A stretch of DNA of 64,000 bases, taken from the human T2T-CHM13v2.0 reference genome, Homo sapiens. Location: the NCBI RefSeq assembly GCF_009914755.1, contig NC_060926.1; one strand, 5' to 3'. Of this stretch, positions 26,926-42,700 are shown one piece after another. Below the pieces are notes generated by a model. The model searched no databases. It worked only from the letters and a program-made list of their open reading frames with translations, and had not been told where the DNA came from. Position numbers and translations under genes: made by a program. Position 1 is the stretch's first letter. Every line of letters begins with the position of its first letter.

Positions 26926-29046
26926 TCACTTCACCTCCCAGGGATGGTCCTTCCCACAAAGCCCTCTCCTGGGACCTGTCCCCACCAGAGGGAGACCAGA
27001 GGCAGCCACTCAGGCACCTCTAGGAATGTCAGGGGGACCCTAGAGGAGGGTGCAGGGCCAGGGAGGAGGCAGCCAGGCAGCTGGGCTGTGCCTGGTCCCA
27101 CTCCTAGCCCACACCTTCCCCAGGGCAGGCCCTGCATCCTCCAGGCACTCACACCCACCAGGCAGTGGTGCTCAGGCCCCATCACACGGCCACAGAGTGC
27201 TGGGGAAGGGACTGCGGGCAGCAGGTGAGTCACAGACCCTGCCCGGTGCCCAGCCCGCCCAGGGAAGGGGCTGTGCTGGCTCACTGCGGGAGGACACTGC
27301 CGGCGAGAGTGACTCAGGGATTCGGGGTCTGAGTCACAGCCCAGGAAAGTGTCAGGCCCCGCCTAGGGAAACTTCCCGCCAGCAGCCTCACGTTCTCAGG
27401 CCGGGGCTGGGGCCCAGGCTGGGCCGCCTTCTGGCAAAGGCAGCCAGATGGCCGGAAGGCCACTTAACCACAAAGCACACGATTGCCCCAAGCCCAGCCA
27501 GCTGTCCCATCCAGCCTCAGACACCAGGACTAGCCCAGGTCAGCCCCTAGGCCCAGTGACTTGGGTTGGGACTGGAGGAGGGGCCACCATGGCTTCTGAA
27601 AGGTTACCTCCAGCTACTCGCTAGAGTGGGCGTGGGCTCCTTGCCTGGCTTTTCAGAATCTAATAAAAATTTAAAGGCAGAATGGGGAGCGGGGGGTGGG
27701 GAAGAATGTCTATTCCAACATGCACACCTCTCTTGGATCCAGGGACCCTGGGCACCCCACACCAGGAGGGGAATACTGCCCCTCCTCCGTCTCCAGGCTA
27801 TGGCTGGGCCATCCCTGCCCTACTCCCCTGGGTGTCCCATTACCTGGCAGGGGGGCTGCCAACCATGGTTCTATGGAACTCATAAAATGAGTGAGTCCTA
27901 GGGGTACTGTTGTGAGCTGAGCACCATCACACATACCCCCTGCCCTCAACTGCCAACAGTGGGTCTAAAGTCCCACATTCCGTAAGAACCTGCCTGGACC
28001 ACCCGGCTCCTGTACCCACTAGGACCCCCTCTCCATGAGGATGCAGCCACCACCCCCACAACTCCCCAGATGGCAACGGTGGGGACAGCAGTGAAGACAG
28101 CACCGCAGCTTGTCTGTGGGAACATCTGCACCCAGCCGTGCTCTCACCGCTCAGCAACGCTGCCGAGAGCAAGAGCGGGGACAGTTCCGCTTGAGTTCCT
28201 GGAAGTCAGGACCCGTGTCTTGTATTCCCTTTGGGTGACATTCCTCATATTCTGGCTCTTTAGGAAGCATGTGGAAGGGGCAGGGAGTAAGGTGAGGGCT
28301 GTCTGCCATGAGGAGAGAGTGCCCCCACCCCAGCTCCACTGAAGCTAACAGTGGGGAAGAGCAGAGTCACATGGGCCCGGGGTCCCGAGGACAGCATTCA
28401 GGACGCTGAGGCAGGTGTGGAGAGCAGCTCAGAACTAGCCCAGGGTCTGCATGGAGCCGGCCAGCCCCCTGGTGCAGCCTAGAGAGGATGCACTATCTCC
28501 CCAAAGTCAAGTTCCCAAGCAGGGCAGCCCCGGAGTCCCAGCTGTGCCATCTCACAGCCAGCCAGCTGCCCACAGGCCACTCCAAAGGCTCTCCAGCCTC
28601 CAGCCAGGTATGAGTGGGCTGGGGACAAGGAGGATGTGCTCAAATAAAGATGGGACCCAAATGGGACAGCTAGTTTGGCCAAAATGTGAAACACCCACAG
28701 CCCAGCACCCAAAGGTGTGATCACCTGCCTCACCCTCTCGCTGCTCCCCCAGGGTGGGCGTGGAGGCAGGCCCTCCCAGCATAATCCCAACCACACCTGT
28801 CCCAGGAGCCCAAAAGCAGTGGGCAGGCCCCATAGCCTCCTAAGAGGTTCTCCCATCCACAAAAAAATGTTTCACCTGTTTCAGGGAAAATTATTCAGAA
28901 ACCCGGGCCCTCCGTCAGTAGTCCCATTCCCTTCTAGCCCAAGTGCTGAACTGACTGGCAGGGCATACCCACTCCAGCCCCTGGTTCCTCCTCTACCTCC
29001 AGAGGCAGATGAAGTCTCAGGCCTACTGAAGTCCCCCTAGGCATCA

Positions 29047-29470
<424 letters not shown>

Positions 29471-30457
29471 AGAAAAAGAAATTGGACAGCAAGCCATGCC
29501 AAGCCCACCCAGAGCTCTCCACGTCACAGGCACTCAATGAAGATGATGAAATCAAGAGGAGGCTCCGAAAAAATGGGGCAGCTGCCCAGAGAGAAACCCA
29601 ACCTCCGGGGCCGGGCCCCTATCGCCAGCCTCTCGGGAATATGGAGAAGTGTGAGGGCCACATCCAGGCTGTGACTACACTGACCTGAAATGTGCCTCAG
29701 TTTCATTGGCGAGAAAACCACATGACCCACCTCTCACAGGGCACTGCATCCAGTGGTCCCTGGCCACACTGTAACCCATTTGGAGGGCAGGGGGCTGAGA
29801 AGACCATAGCCTCTATGGCCAGGATGGTGAGATGGCCCAGGAGTTTTGTAAAAAAGCCTCCTCCGGGAAGCCCCCCAGGAACACTGTGGTGCTGGTCACT
29901 TGCCCTCCATGAATCCCCAAAGGCCAAGGACCCATGCTTCCCCTCCACGTCTCAGCATCCCATCCAGACTGGAGGGTCCTCCCAGTAACTCCTCCAGAGT
30001 CACCACGGGGACCACAAGTCCGAGGAAAATGACGCAGGGGCTTCAGTCAGGAGAGCCCCAACCCTGCCCCTAACCGGCTCTGGGGCCCTGGGAGGAGGCT
30101 GTGATGTGCCTCTCTGGGCAGCTTTCTCTGCTCAGTAAATTCAAGATGATCTCAGAGTTGTCATGTGGCTTGAAGGACAGGCATGGCAGTACAGGGGCCT
30201 GATGATGTCGCCTCCCTCCCCAGAGGAGCCCTCACAGAGGACAATGGCTCAAAGGCATTCCTGGACCACTAGGATTTCAGAGGAGTCTCCAGGAATGACC
30301 ACAGATGCAGCCACGGAGCGGGCATAGCTATGCCCCCACCCAGGTCACACAGAGCCCCTCAGCCGGTTCTTTGACCCCTACATTTGACTTCAGGTCTCCT
30401 CTGAAGCAGAGCTCTCCCAGCAGAGGCCTTTGAAAAACCCTGCCCCAGCTGGGCTCA

Positions 30458-30715
<258 letters not shown>

Positions 30716-31203
30716 TTAAATGCAGGTCCACACGCCCCACGCGCGGGGGCCACCCCAAGCAGATATGGGCCCTTGAGGCCGAGAGAATTAGGGGGAGCCC
30801 GGGGGGTAAGGAAAGGGGGTGAACTCCAACTGCAGAGGCAAAAGGTGAGCGTGGTTAGCAGCACAGGGGGCCCAGCAAGCACGGCCCTGCCCGGAGGACG
30901 GGGCCACCCCAGCCCCTCACCAAAGGATGAGTGGGGCCAGCTCTGCACCTACTGGCTCGCTCCAGCCAGGGACAGGTCGCCTGGGATCGCGTGACGAATT
31001 CCACCCGGCTCGCCAGGCAGGGCGGCGCCGTTCCAGGGAAACCCAGGAGGCCCATTCTCAGGCTGGCAGGTGGCCTGGATCAGGGCTGAGGGGCCAGGGT
31101 GGCACGGGGGGCAGGAATGGGCCTAGGGTGGACCTCACCCAGGCACCCACAAGGGCCTCTCACTCACCGGCCTGGGCCCTGTATCGTCCCCACCCCCAGT
31201 TCA

Positions 31204-32064
<861 letters not shown>

Positions 32065-32115
32065 CTACTCACCCTTCTACACCTTCCACAATCATATAGC
32101 CAGCCACTCCGCAGC

Positions 32116-32116
<1 letters not shown>

Positions 32117-32150
<34 letters not shown>
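32117..32150 (+). repeat. (AC)17 microsatellite in intron 5, (TG)17 on the transcript strand
   Basis: Directly visible. Confidence 0.97.
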
Positions 32151-32154
<4 letters not shown>

Positions 32155-32379
32155 CGTGAGGCTTCCTCCCATAGCCCTGAGACCCAAAGGGACAGGAAAG
32201 GAATGGGGGGCCGTGGGCTGGTGGCAGAGGGAGCAACCCCGGAGGGGTGAAACACCGGGCCAGGCGCTTCCTGCCTCCAGGACAGCCTCCTCCTGGCCTG
32301 AGCCGCACGTCCTAGGCCCTGTCCTCTCTCCAGTTCCCTCCAGGCCAGAGCAGGGCAGATCTGCAAGTGGGTCTCTCAC

Positions 32380-32475
32380 CTTGATGTCGGGGAACTGGCC
32401 CAGGTACGTGTCCATGGTCAGCAGCGCCTGGTCCACCAGCTTCTGGTGGTAATCCATCCACAGCAGGTCGTTGTT
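32380..32475 (-). CDS. BIN1: BIN1 exon 5 (BAR)
   Basis: tctcag|AAC...AAG|gtgag; [32 protein letters not shown], 96 nt. Confidence 0.98.
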
Positions 32476-32790
32476 CTGAGACAGGCAAGAGCACGACAGT
32501 GCCACCAGGAGGGCTGGGCCACACCCGCCCCAGCGCTCACCTCGCAGGGACCAGCCCCAGCCCCATCTCTTCACAGCTCAGTGGCTTCTCAGAGCCTCAG
32601 TTTCCCCATCTGTAAGATGGGGGCAAATGTTCCTGCCCTATTGGGGTGACTGTGAGGATCAGATACGCTGAGGACTGGGGTCAGCCAGGGAGGCTTTGTG
32701 AGTTGTGAGCCATAACACACAAATAAGGACGACCACGACCCACCATCTGACCCACCTTGGTGTGAGGGCGTGTCAGGAGAAAGGCCCTCA

Positions 32791-33111
<321 letters not shown>

Positions 33112-33146
33112 CTACACGGGCCAGGTGCGCTCTGCCTGCCTCCTAC

Positions 33147-33201
33147 CTTTGACGGAGGCCAGGTAGGTCCGGAGATCCTTCTGCAGCCGGGTGCCCTCCG
33201 T
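33147..33201 (-). CDS. BIN1: BIN1 exon 3 (BAR)
   Basis: ttgcag|ACG...AAAG|gtagg; TEGTRLQKDLRTYLASVK, 55 nt. Confidence 0.98.
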
Positions 33202-36200
33202 CTGCAAAGAGAAGGACAAGGACCAGGTCAGGGACTGGTGGCACACCCAGTCCCTGACCCTCTCCTTCCTGCCACCCTCACGTGAATGAACCAGGCTGCT
33301 CTCCTGACAGCAGCCACTGATCAGCTGACCTCCCAACAGGACAGCAGCTACGGTCACCACCCCTGCCTCAGAAGCCCTGCGTCCATAGGCACCCTTGCCC
33401 ATGCTTGTGGGCACCTGCCATCTTCCAGATGCCATTCTCAGCCCAGGAAGGAAGGCAGGAAGACAAAGACCCCCCTCCGAGATGACGTGCTGGAGGTACG
33501 GCTGAATGACACACAAACAGCACAGCACCAGTGTGCAGCAGCCCCGGCACTCACAGACCTGCCCTCAGACACCTGCAGACAAGTGACCAATGAGCACAGG
33601 AGTATGGGCAAGGCAGGTGTGGTGACCACCAGGCCCCCTGCTCCACAAGCTCAGGTGGTGCCCAAGGACAGAGAGCTCCCACTGCCTCGTACTAGGAAAA
33701 GAGGGCCCGGTGCGAGCCTGTATAGGGACAGAAGACCTGCGGAAGAGACGGCACTACAGCAGGGGTGCAGAATGCGGTGGTCATGGCCAGGATCACTGGC
33801 CCAGCTGACAGCAGGGACATAGGATGTAGAGGGAAAAGGCTGAGGGGACAGTGGGCTGGGTGGTGAAGCTCCCTGAGCAGGGAGAGTGTCCTCCAGGGGC
33901 TTCCTGAGACAGCAGGACCAGCAGAGACAGTAGAAGCATGGGCCAGGCCTCAAGTCCCTCTGGGACATCAAAACCAGAGCCAGGAAAGCTGAGTGGAGAA
34001 CTCCAGGTTCCAGGAGGGGTGAACAATAGGTGAGGCCAGCACTGAGGTCTGAGACCATGCTCAGTGAGCTGCAGAAGTTTCCAGAAGCCACGTGCAAAGA
34101 GTGGGCTGCACACGGGCTTTGAGGCCATGCAGACCCAGCTGTGTCCCTTACTAGCCACACAGCCCTAAGTAAGCTAGTGAGCCTCTCTGAACCTCAGTCT
34201 CCTCGTCTTTCAGTGGAAGGCGAATAATCCCTGCCTGGCACTCCTCAGATCCAGTGAGCTAGGCCAGGCCCTGGAGCTTGAAGGCAGGCCTCAGGAGATG
34301 GCCTTCATGCTAAGGACAGGAACACAAGGCAGAGAGGGGACTCGGGAGAGCGGCAGTGGCTGAGGCTGACCTTCGTAGTAGAAGGGCACCCTCCTGGCCT
34401 CCCCTGCCTGCTGCCAGCCCAAGCCTCAGGGACACCCATGTTCCAGTCGCCTCCTGCCCTGAAGGAGGGGCAGCTGGCCATGGTCCCAGGAGACCCAGCA
34501 TGCCTGCAGCGCTCCAGTCTGGCCAGCTTCATGCTTGCGCAAGAGCCGGAAGGTGGGCCCCATCCATTCAGGTCCACCTCCAGGTGAAGGCCAGCAGGGA
34601 CCCGGCCACATCCACAGGCTCACCCCCAGCACCCTGAAACCCTCTTCTGTCTCCCCACTACAGGCCTCTCCCTGTCCTTAGCCGGGGCTGCTCTTCCTGC
34701 CCTGGTGCCCTAGGGGCCAGCACCTTCCAGGCAGTCTTCTCAACACCACTGTCCCACCTGACAGCAAAGAAGCGGACAGAGGGTCAGCGACCGGCCCAGT
34801 CACACAGAGACTCGGAGAGCCCATGAGACCCTCCAAGCCTGGGCACGCAGCCCGCAGGGTGTTTTGTGGGTAATGGGTAGTGATGCGGCCCTGAGAACCC
34901 ACAGATCTGCCTATTATGATGAATGCTTCCGTGTGACAGTAGAGACATCCACAGGGGGAGCTTCAGAGCAGCACATAAGATGTATAATTTAAAGAGAGCA
35001 TGTGTGAAAAAAAAAAAAATCTCTAAAATTCCTTTAATCCCCCATAGAGTAGGGTGTATAACACTGGCTAATCATCATCTTTACAAACATCCAAGTCCAA
35101 GGCCCACCGATGTGAGACTGAGTGAAGAAACAGAAGACTGCTCCACGGACACTGAGACCTCCCTGGAATTCCATCAGGGGGTCGGATGGAGACCCCGCGG
35201 GGCCGGGGAATGAGGAAGGGTCCACCTCACTCCTGACACAGCCACCCTAAGTCTTCACAATTAAAGGCTTTGTTGGTCGAGACGAGGATTAAAGTGTGTT
35301 CATGATGGGATGCTATCGTGTCCTCTGATGTCACAGAATCTTCCAGATCCAGCTTCTCTCCCTGCCAGGCCTCCACCATCCCAGCCACACCTCTCACGCC
35401 GTCCCCACCTCCCCCCCACAGCAGGGGTCCCCATGGGGTGGGTCGTTGTGCTCCCCCGGGCTTCAGGCCGTACCAGGGCTCCTTGTGTTTCCCAAACAAC
35501 GCTGGGCTGTGCGCCGGCACGTGGCACGCAGATGTGCAAGGGGCCGGCCAGAGCACTGCCTCCCTGTGCCCACTGCAGCTGGCTTCCTAAGCTCCTCATC
35601 AGTCCCCAGGGTAGACACAGCCCTCCCCCGACGGAGGCCCCAGCCAGCTACCCTCCGCAGGGCAGCGTCCAGGCCAGTACAGAGCAGTGTGTGTTTGCTT
35701 CCAAGTGGCTCCCTCAGCCCCTAAACAGGGATCTGAGAAAGAATTCTCTGGAGGTCCCAGAGTTCACAGAGCCCAGCTGGGGGAAGATAAGATTCGGGAG
35801 CCACTGCCCACCTCAGCCTGTGTCCCAGCTACAGGACTTGGGGGAGTCAGGAAGGTCCTGGAGCAGCTCCAGCGCGGCTGGGCTCAGCCAGCATCCCCAA
35901 GCCCTCGCTGCACCTCCCTGGACATCAGTCCCCACAGGTGGCCTGAGCACCCAAGTCCCTGTGCTCCCAGTGGGTCTAGGGGGCAGGGACGGCCCTCCTA
36001 CGTGGACCCCCTCTGGCACCCCTCAGCCATCAATTCGGGGGGCGACCTTCACTCAATAGTCAGGGATGCCCATTTTGAGCAAAACCTTGGGTGGGCCATG
36101 GGGACAAGAAGGAATCAGACTTGCCCCACCTCAGTGACAGACAAACAGCAATGACAGCCCTGCAGCCTGGAAAGCTACAGACGGACCCTAGGAAGAAGAG

Positions 36201-37081
36201 CTGGGATGCCCTGGAGACCCAGGATGGCTTCCAGAAGGGCCTGTGCCAGGTGTGCAGTACTCTGGGGGAGGGGCAAGCAGGCCCCCATGGGCTCTCAGAG
36301 CAGGGGCAGAAGGCAGCGATGCTACTGTGACCAGCGCCAGGTGGGCCCAGGAGGGGCTGTGCACCTGGGTCCTTGGAGAGCAGGTGACAGCAGGCTGATC
36401 TACACCCTCTCCTAGGGCCCCCCACCCCATAAGAAGGGGTGGGAGGTTCACTTCTTTAAAGACTAAATCACCTGCCATCCTTGTCCCTTGTAGTGCTGGG
36501 CCCACTAGGCTTGGGGCTCACAGAATCAGAGGCAAGAAAAAGCTCCACCTCCAGGCTTCCCACGCCCCATTCTCTCTCTCCTTTCCCAGGGCCCCCAAGC
36601 CCACTGCAGCCTCCTGAATTCACTCCCCCAACAACAGTGACCTTCACCCCATTCCTTCCTGGTCCCCACACCCTGCCATCCCCACACACCAATCAAATCC
36701 AGAACTGGCTGCCTTAGCCCCAGCCTTGAACAAGACCTTAAAACCACCACCCCAACTACCAGCCCTGGCCCCTGAAAAGCCAGCCACCCCACCAAACCTG
36801 AGCCCGGGGGCAGACAGAGGCCCAGCTCAGGACTGCTCCACACCCACAGCCCAGCAGCCACCTGGCAGCCCGCAGCACTGGCTATCTTTAGCCCTGGACT
36901 CTCTGCCCAACCCCTCTGTCCAAGGAGCAGTGAGTGACTGTTTGCCCAGAGTCAGAGACCCAGAGAGGATGACTCTGAGGGACAGTGGAGACAGCAACAC
37001 TGTGGTTTCAGCCCTGGGGCCAGGCCACACAGAGTCTCAGCTCCCAACTGTGCTTCCCTCACTCTGCCAAAGCTCAGCCTG

Positions 37082-37385
37082 TTTTTTGTTTGTTTGTTTG
37101 TTTTGAGACCGGAGTCTTGCTCTGTAGCCCAGGCTGGAGTCCAGTGGCATGATCTCGGCCCACCGCAACCTCTGCCTCCCAGGTTCAAGAGATTCTTCTG
37201 CCCCAGCCTCCCGAGTAGCTAGGACTACAGGCACACACCACCACGCCTGGCTAATTTTTGTATTTTTAGTAGAGGCGGGGTTTCACCATATTGGCCAGGC
37301 TGGTCTCAAACTCCTGACCTCATGATCTGCCTGCCTTGGCCCCCCAAAGTGCTGGGATTACAGGCGTGAGCTACAGTGCCCGGCC
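37082..37385 (-). mobile_element. Alu (AluS-like) in intron 2
   Basis: Reverse Alu; target-site duplication agctcagcctgtt at 37071-37083 and 37386-37398. Confidence 0.95.
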
Positions 37386-38024
37386 AGCTCAGCCTGTTCT
37401 AAGGGGCCCCCACCACCTCCACCCCTAACCTGTCTCCCCAGCCTAGCCAGCTGCCCTCAGGACAAGGGATCAGCTCCAGAGAGGAAACTCGATAGTGAAC
37501 CAAAGGCCACAGAGCCTGGATTTCAATCCCCAACACCCACACCAGCTACATAGCCTTGGAAGATGTGCTTAACTTCTCTGAGCCTCAAGTGCCTCATCTG
37601 CAAAATGAGAATATCAGCCCCATCTCAAGGATTGCATAGATCTCTGTCAAACACAGCAGCTCTGGCCCATGGCCACAGCAACTCCCTAAAGGTCCTTCAG
37701 AGCAACCCACAGCCTGATGAAGCCAGCTGAGTAGGGACATGCCCTGGGGCTTCCCAGAGATGGAATCAGAACCTAAGACCAGGTTTCTTGTTCAAGCCTC
37801 TATTCTGCAGGTGAGGAAACTGAGGCCCAAGAAGCTCTGGGAAGGAATTGCCCAGAGCCACAGAGGCAGTAGATATCCCTGCCACAGGGTCTACCTGGGC
37901 CTTGAAACTCCTCCCATAACTGGCCTAAAGGACAATCAGCTAAGGGGGCTCCCCAATCCCTGTCCAGGGAAGCCTGTCAGGCTGAGCCCCTCTGGCAAGC
38001 CAAGGCCAACTTGGCCCTGGGGCC

Positions 38025-38520
38025 TCTCCCCTCTGCTCCCAGCCCTCTCCCAGAATGCTCCCAGCCCTCCCAGCTGCTCCCAGCCCTCTCCCAGAATGCT
38101 CCCCGGCCCTCTCCCAGAATGCTCCCAGCCCTCCCAGCTGCCCCCCACCACCCTCTCCCAGAATGCTCCCGGCCCTCCCAGCTGCCCCCCCCACCGCCCT
38201 CTCCCAGAATGCTCCCCGGCCCTCTCCCAGAATGCTCCCAGTTGTTCCCTGGCCCTCTCCCAGAATGCTCCCAGCCCTCCCAGCTGCCCCCAACCGCCCT
38301 CTCCCAGAATGCTCCCAGCCCTCCCAGTTGCTCCTGGTCCTGTCCCAGAATGCTCCCAGCTCTCCCAGCTGCTCCCCAGCCCTCTCCCAAATGCTCCCGG
38401 CCCTCTCCCAGCTACTCCCGGCCCTCGCAGCTGCTCCCAGTCCTCTCCCAGCTACTCCCAGGCCCTCCCAGCTGCTCCCCAGCCCTCCCAGCTGCCCTCA
38501 GCCCTCTCTCAAATGCTCCC
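38025..38520 (+). repeat. C-rich compound minisatellite (CCCTCTCCCAGAATGCTCCC / CCCTCCCAGCTGC) in intron 2
   Basis: Directly visible, about 0.5 kb. Confidence 0.93.
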
Positions 38521-38986
38521 AGGCCAATTGGAGATGGCTGCGGATGCCTCCCCACAGCCCAGCCTTGAGCCTGCCACACAGCCAGGCACACACCATGCTC
38601 AGCAGATGCCCAAATCAAACCCAGCCTGCTCCGCCCCCATGCTAACCGCTGCAGATGCCACTCTCCTGGCAAGAAGCTTCTATAGCTCCCACTTGCCCCT
38701 GACATGCAAAGTTTCCCCAAGTCTGGCCACAATCTATTGCCTGCTCCTATCCCACCCTCCCCCTCCCCCTCCCCCAACTACCGTTTCTATGTCTCCTACC
38801 AAGAACCTAAAGCATACATACCCCATCCCTCTTCCTTCCCAGCATGCATTGCCAGTGCTCCCTCCTCTAGGAAGTCTTACATGATCTTGTCAGCCCACAC
38901 TGATTACCCTCCTCCAAGCTCTCGTACTCCACAAATTCAGCTCGTGCCATTTTTCACCTGGCAGCCGAATTTTCACAAACTCCCTA

Positions 38987-39121
<135 letters not shown>

Positions 39122-39702
39122 TTACCTTGGAAAGGAGAGTGGTCAAACCAAGAGTGCTCAGTCACCAACAGCACAGACCAGGGGCTGGGAAGTCTCTAGC
39201 CAACATCACCCAGCCCAGGGTGCCCACCCAGGGCTGCAATCCCAGGGCATGGCTGGGTCCATCAGGTTTTCAGGCCTCCCCACCCTCTACCCAGGGCTCG
39301 ACAATAGGCCAAAAATGGAGCTTAGGACAGGCTTGACGTAGTGACCACAGCCAGGAGGAGGGAGGCTTCAAAGATGGCAAGAAGGATCGGGCACCCTCCT
39401 AGCTGATCTCACACTGCACCCCTGGGTGCTCCGCCCCCACCCTGGAAGCTGAAAAGTGAGCCACGCAGGGGAGGGGCCAAGCAGGAGCAGCCTCACTTCT
39501 CCGCATGACTCTATTCCCTGGGCCCAGGCCCATGAATGCCACAGGCAACAGCAGAGCAGGCCCTGAACCGGCAGGAGCCATCCCGGAACAAGGAGGGCAG
39601 CGAGCGGTGGCCAGGAGCTGCCGGGGGCCACGCAGAGTCTGCTTCTGATCTGACTGGGTTTTTAGATGTGACCTGCCCCAGGCACTCTGCTCTGCACAGC
39701 CC

Positions 39703-39724
39703 ACACACACACACACACACACAA
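39703..39724 (+). repeat. (CA)n microsatellite
   Basis: Directly visible. Confidence 0.9.
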
Positions 39725-42700
39725 AACACACAAGGGCACACACATGAGCTCACAGCTCTGCTCCCAACCATGAGTCTCAGAGGTGGACTCCCCCTCAACC
39801 CCCCACGATGAGTGGCAGGGGGAGATGAAGGATGGGTGGGCAAGGGCAGAGAAGAGGAGCCACACCAGGAGAGGGGAAAGCTCTAGGAAAGGAGGGCGCT
39901 GGCCAGGACCCTGAGAACATATGCTGACCATCACGCTCTCCCAGACTTCCCTCTCTGGGCCCTGCTCCTCCAATCCCAGAGCTCCACATGACGGAGAGAG
40001 AGGTGGGAGCAGGGAGACAAAATACAGAGGCAAGGAGCGGTGGTGGGGCACGGTAGGAAAGAGCAGGAGAAGAAAAAGACAAAGAGCTGGGGCACAGAAA
40101 AGGGATGAGGAGTGCCAGATGGGTTTGCAGGAGAGCAGAGGGGAAGACCAGGGTGGCGGCGGGACACACCCGTCTGCAGCCAAAGAGGCACCTCCATCAG
40201 GGCGGCAGAAAGGCCAACACTGATGTCTCAGCAGAGGCCTCTCCCAGGCAGTGGGCAAGACCTCACAAGAATGAGAAGGAAACGGGGGTAGGGGATGGGA
40301 GTGGAAAGCAAAGGGAGAAAAAGGTGGGCCCAGGAGCGGTGGGGAGCCCCAGGAGCAAAGGGCCAGCCCAGCATCTGCTGAGGCCAGTAGGTCTGCAGAC
40401 ATCCCTCCCTTCCAAGACCCGGAGCCAGCCCATGCTGCCAGGAACATCAGCTTTGGGGCCCAGGGCCCAGGCCACGGTCCTGGACCAACGGATGCCTGGT
40501 ACCAGGACACAGCCAGGACCCTTCCCACCCTGCCGGCCCTTGCAGGTCCTGTGCTGCCCTGCTGCACTTCCCCCCCCAGCCAGGCCCAGAAGCCTTGGCA
40601 AGGCCAGCTGCTCTTGGCCATCTCTCACCAAGCACTTGCTCTGTGCCTGGCCTTGGGCACCTTGGCCGGTACAGCAGAGAGGAATCAGATGTGGGTCTCT
40701 GTCCTGACATGGGGGAACACTTAAGGCTGTGGGACCCTGGGGGTAGAGATCTCTTCTAGCCTGGGCAGTCAGTGAGACTTCCTGGAGTGGGTGGCAGCTC
40801 AGACAGAGGGGAGAGGTTGCAACAAAGGTAAGGAGACCAGAAAGATGGAGCATCTTACTGGGGAGTTTTGAATTGCTCAAGGTGACTAGAGGTCACAGAG
40901 GATGGAGTGGGAAAGTGAGAGTGGCAGCAGGGGGCAGGTGGGCACCGGGAGGCAGCCACCGATGATGTTGTGCTACAGCGGTCGGGACACAGCCCCTTGG
41001 GCAACTGCAGCTGGATGCCAAGGGCTGACACAGGGATGAGAGAAAAACCAAAACAAAACCCCCACATGAGCAAGAAAATGTACACTGCACAACTTGCAGG
41101 CTCCCCACTGCTGCCCCTCCCTGGCAGCCACATCCAGAAGGGACCCCCCAGAAAGTGGGCTGAGCTGGGGAGGTTCCTCACCCGGCTCTGCAAAGAGCTT
41201 GGGTAGGTGACTCAGCCCCTCTGCTCAGGCACCCACCCCACAGCCCCACCCCCTCCAAAGAGAGGAATAGACCACCACATAGAAAAGAACTCCCAGAAGT
41301 CTACCAGAGCCACCAGAGAGAGCCAGAAGCTCTCAGAAACAGGGCAGGGACTGCCCAGCTCCCAAGGCAAGAGCACCAGGAAGGATGCCCCTTCCACGCC
41401 CTGCCCTCCCTCTCCCCAGGAAGACAGACACACTCAGCCAGCAAAAGGTCCCCAGTCTTCCCCACCCACACTGGCCACCAGGGCTCCTGAGGTGTACAGA
41501 GACAGACACACACTCGACCCAGTTCCCAAACACTGCTGTGTGCTCTGCACAGACAGCTGGAGAACTGGGGAGATCTTCCAGCCTTGAGAACGAGACACCA
41601 GCCCAGGTGAGACTCCACGCAGCAGTGAGAAGACCCTTGGGAAAAGGGACAGCTACTCTCTGAGCCTCAATCTACAAAATGAAGTGAACACTGGCACCCT
41701 CCTCAAGGATTACAAAGATCATGTCTATAAAGTGCAGAGCAGTACCTGGCCCATGATATTCAAGAAATGGCAAATCCCTAAAAGGCCTTCAGAGCAGCCT
41801 TCACACAGGTGGGGGATGGGCCTGACTGACACCGCCAGCCCTCACACCGGGTCCAGGCTGACGGCATCCCAAGATGTGAGACAGAAGTCACAGACGCGCA
41901 CACTCTACCTGCACATGGCAAACTCCTATGCATCCTTCAAAACCTCACTCAGGTGACATCACTGTGAACTGTCCCTGATCTCTCCTTTCCTCAAAACACT
42001 CTGTACCACTTAGAGCTTTCCTCACTGCTATGTGATGTGCCTGTGTGCCTCACACCCTCACCCTGAAGGAACAGCTTGAGGTCAGGGACACTGTTCCAGT
42101 CATCTCTGTGTCCCCAACACCCACACAGGGCTAAGCACAGGACAGACACACAAGATATTCTCAGCGGCTGCTGCTCATCTGAGCTGTGGGCTTTGAGGGC
42201 AGAGACATGACCCTAAACAAAACAACCCACCTCTCAGCCTCAGGCTCCTCCCAGACAAAATGGAAGGGTAATGTACAGAAAGCCCTCAGCCCTGAGGGGT
42301 GACAGCAAGCCTGAGGCTGAGCCAGTCTCCCCACTCTGCGAGACCTCAGGCTGCTGAAGCTCTCAGTGCTCCAGTGCCCCCGCCTTGGAAATGGGAGGAA
42401 TAACAAGGCCACAGCATGGCCGAGGCCCAGGGAAGACCCATGGGCGAGGCTGGCCTTGGCCACATGCCATCCTCACTGCACCTACCCCCATTTCATCCAT
42501 GAGGGAACGCAGGCAAGTGGCCTGGGGTCCCCATCCTCAAGGAGCTCCTGGTGTGGCTACCACAGGGAAAAACAATCTGGGCACCCCCTGCCCCAGAACA
42601 GGAGCTGGGACAAGGCCGTGAGCCCTGGGACACAGATCTCCCACCCCATCCGTTCCACACTTGGTTAGTGGGGCCTCCCCTGTGCCGAGCTCACAGGCAG

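Noticed and set aside
37739-38884. 381-aa Pro/Ser-rich ORF with repeated ALSQNAP / PLPECSQ
   Set aside because: Read-through of the C-rich minisatellite, antisense to BIN1; all three frames are open across the repeat
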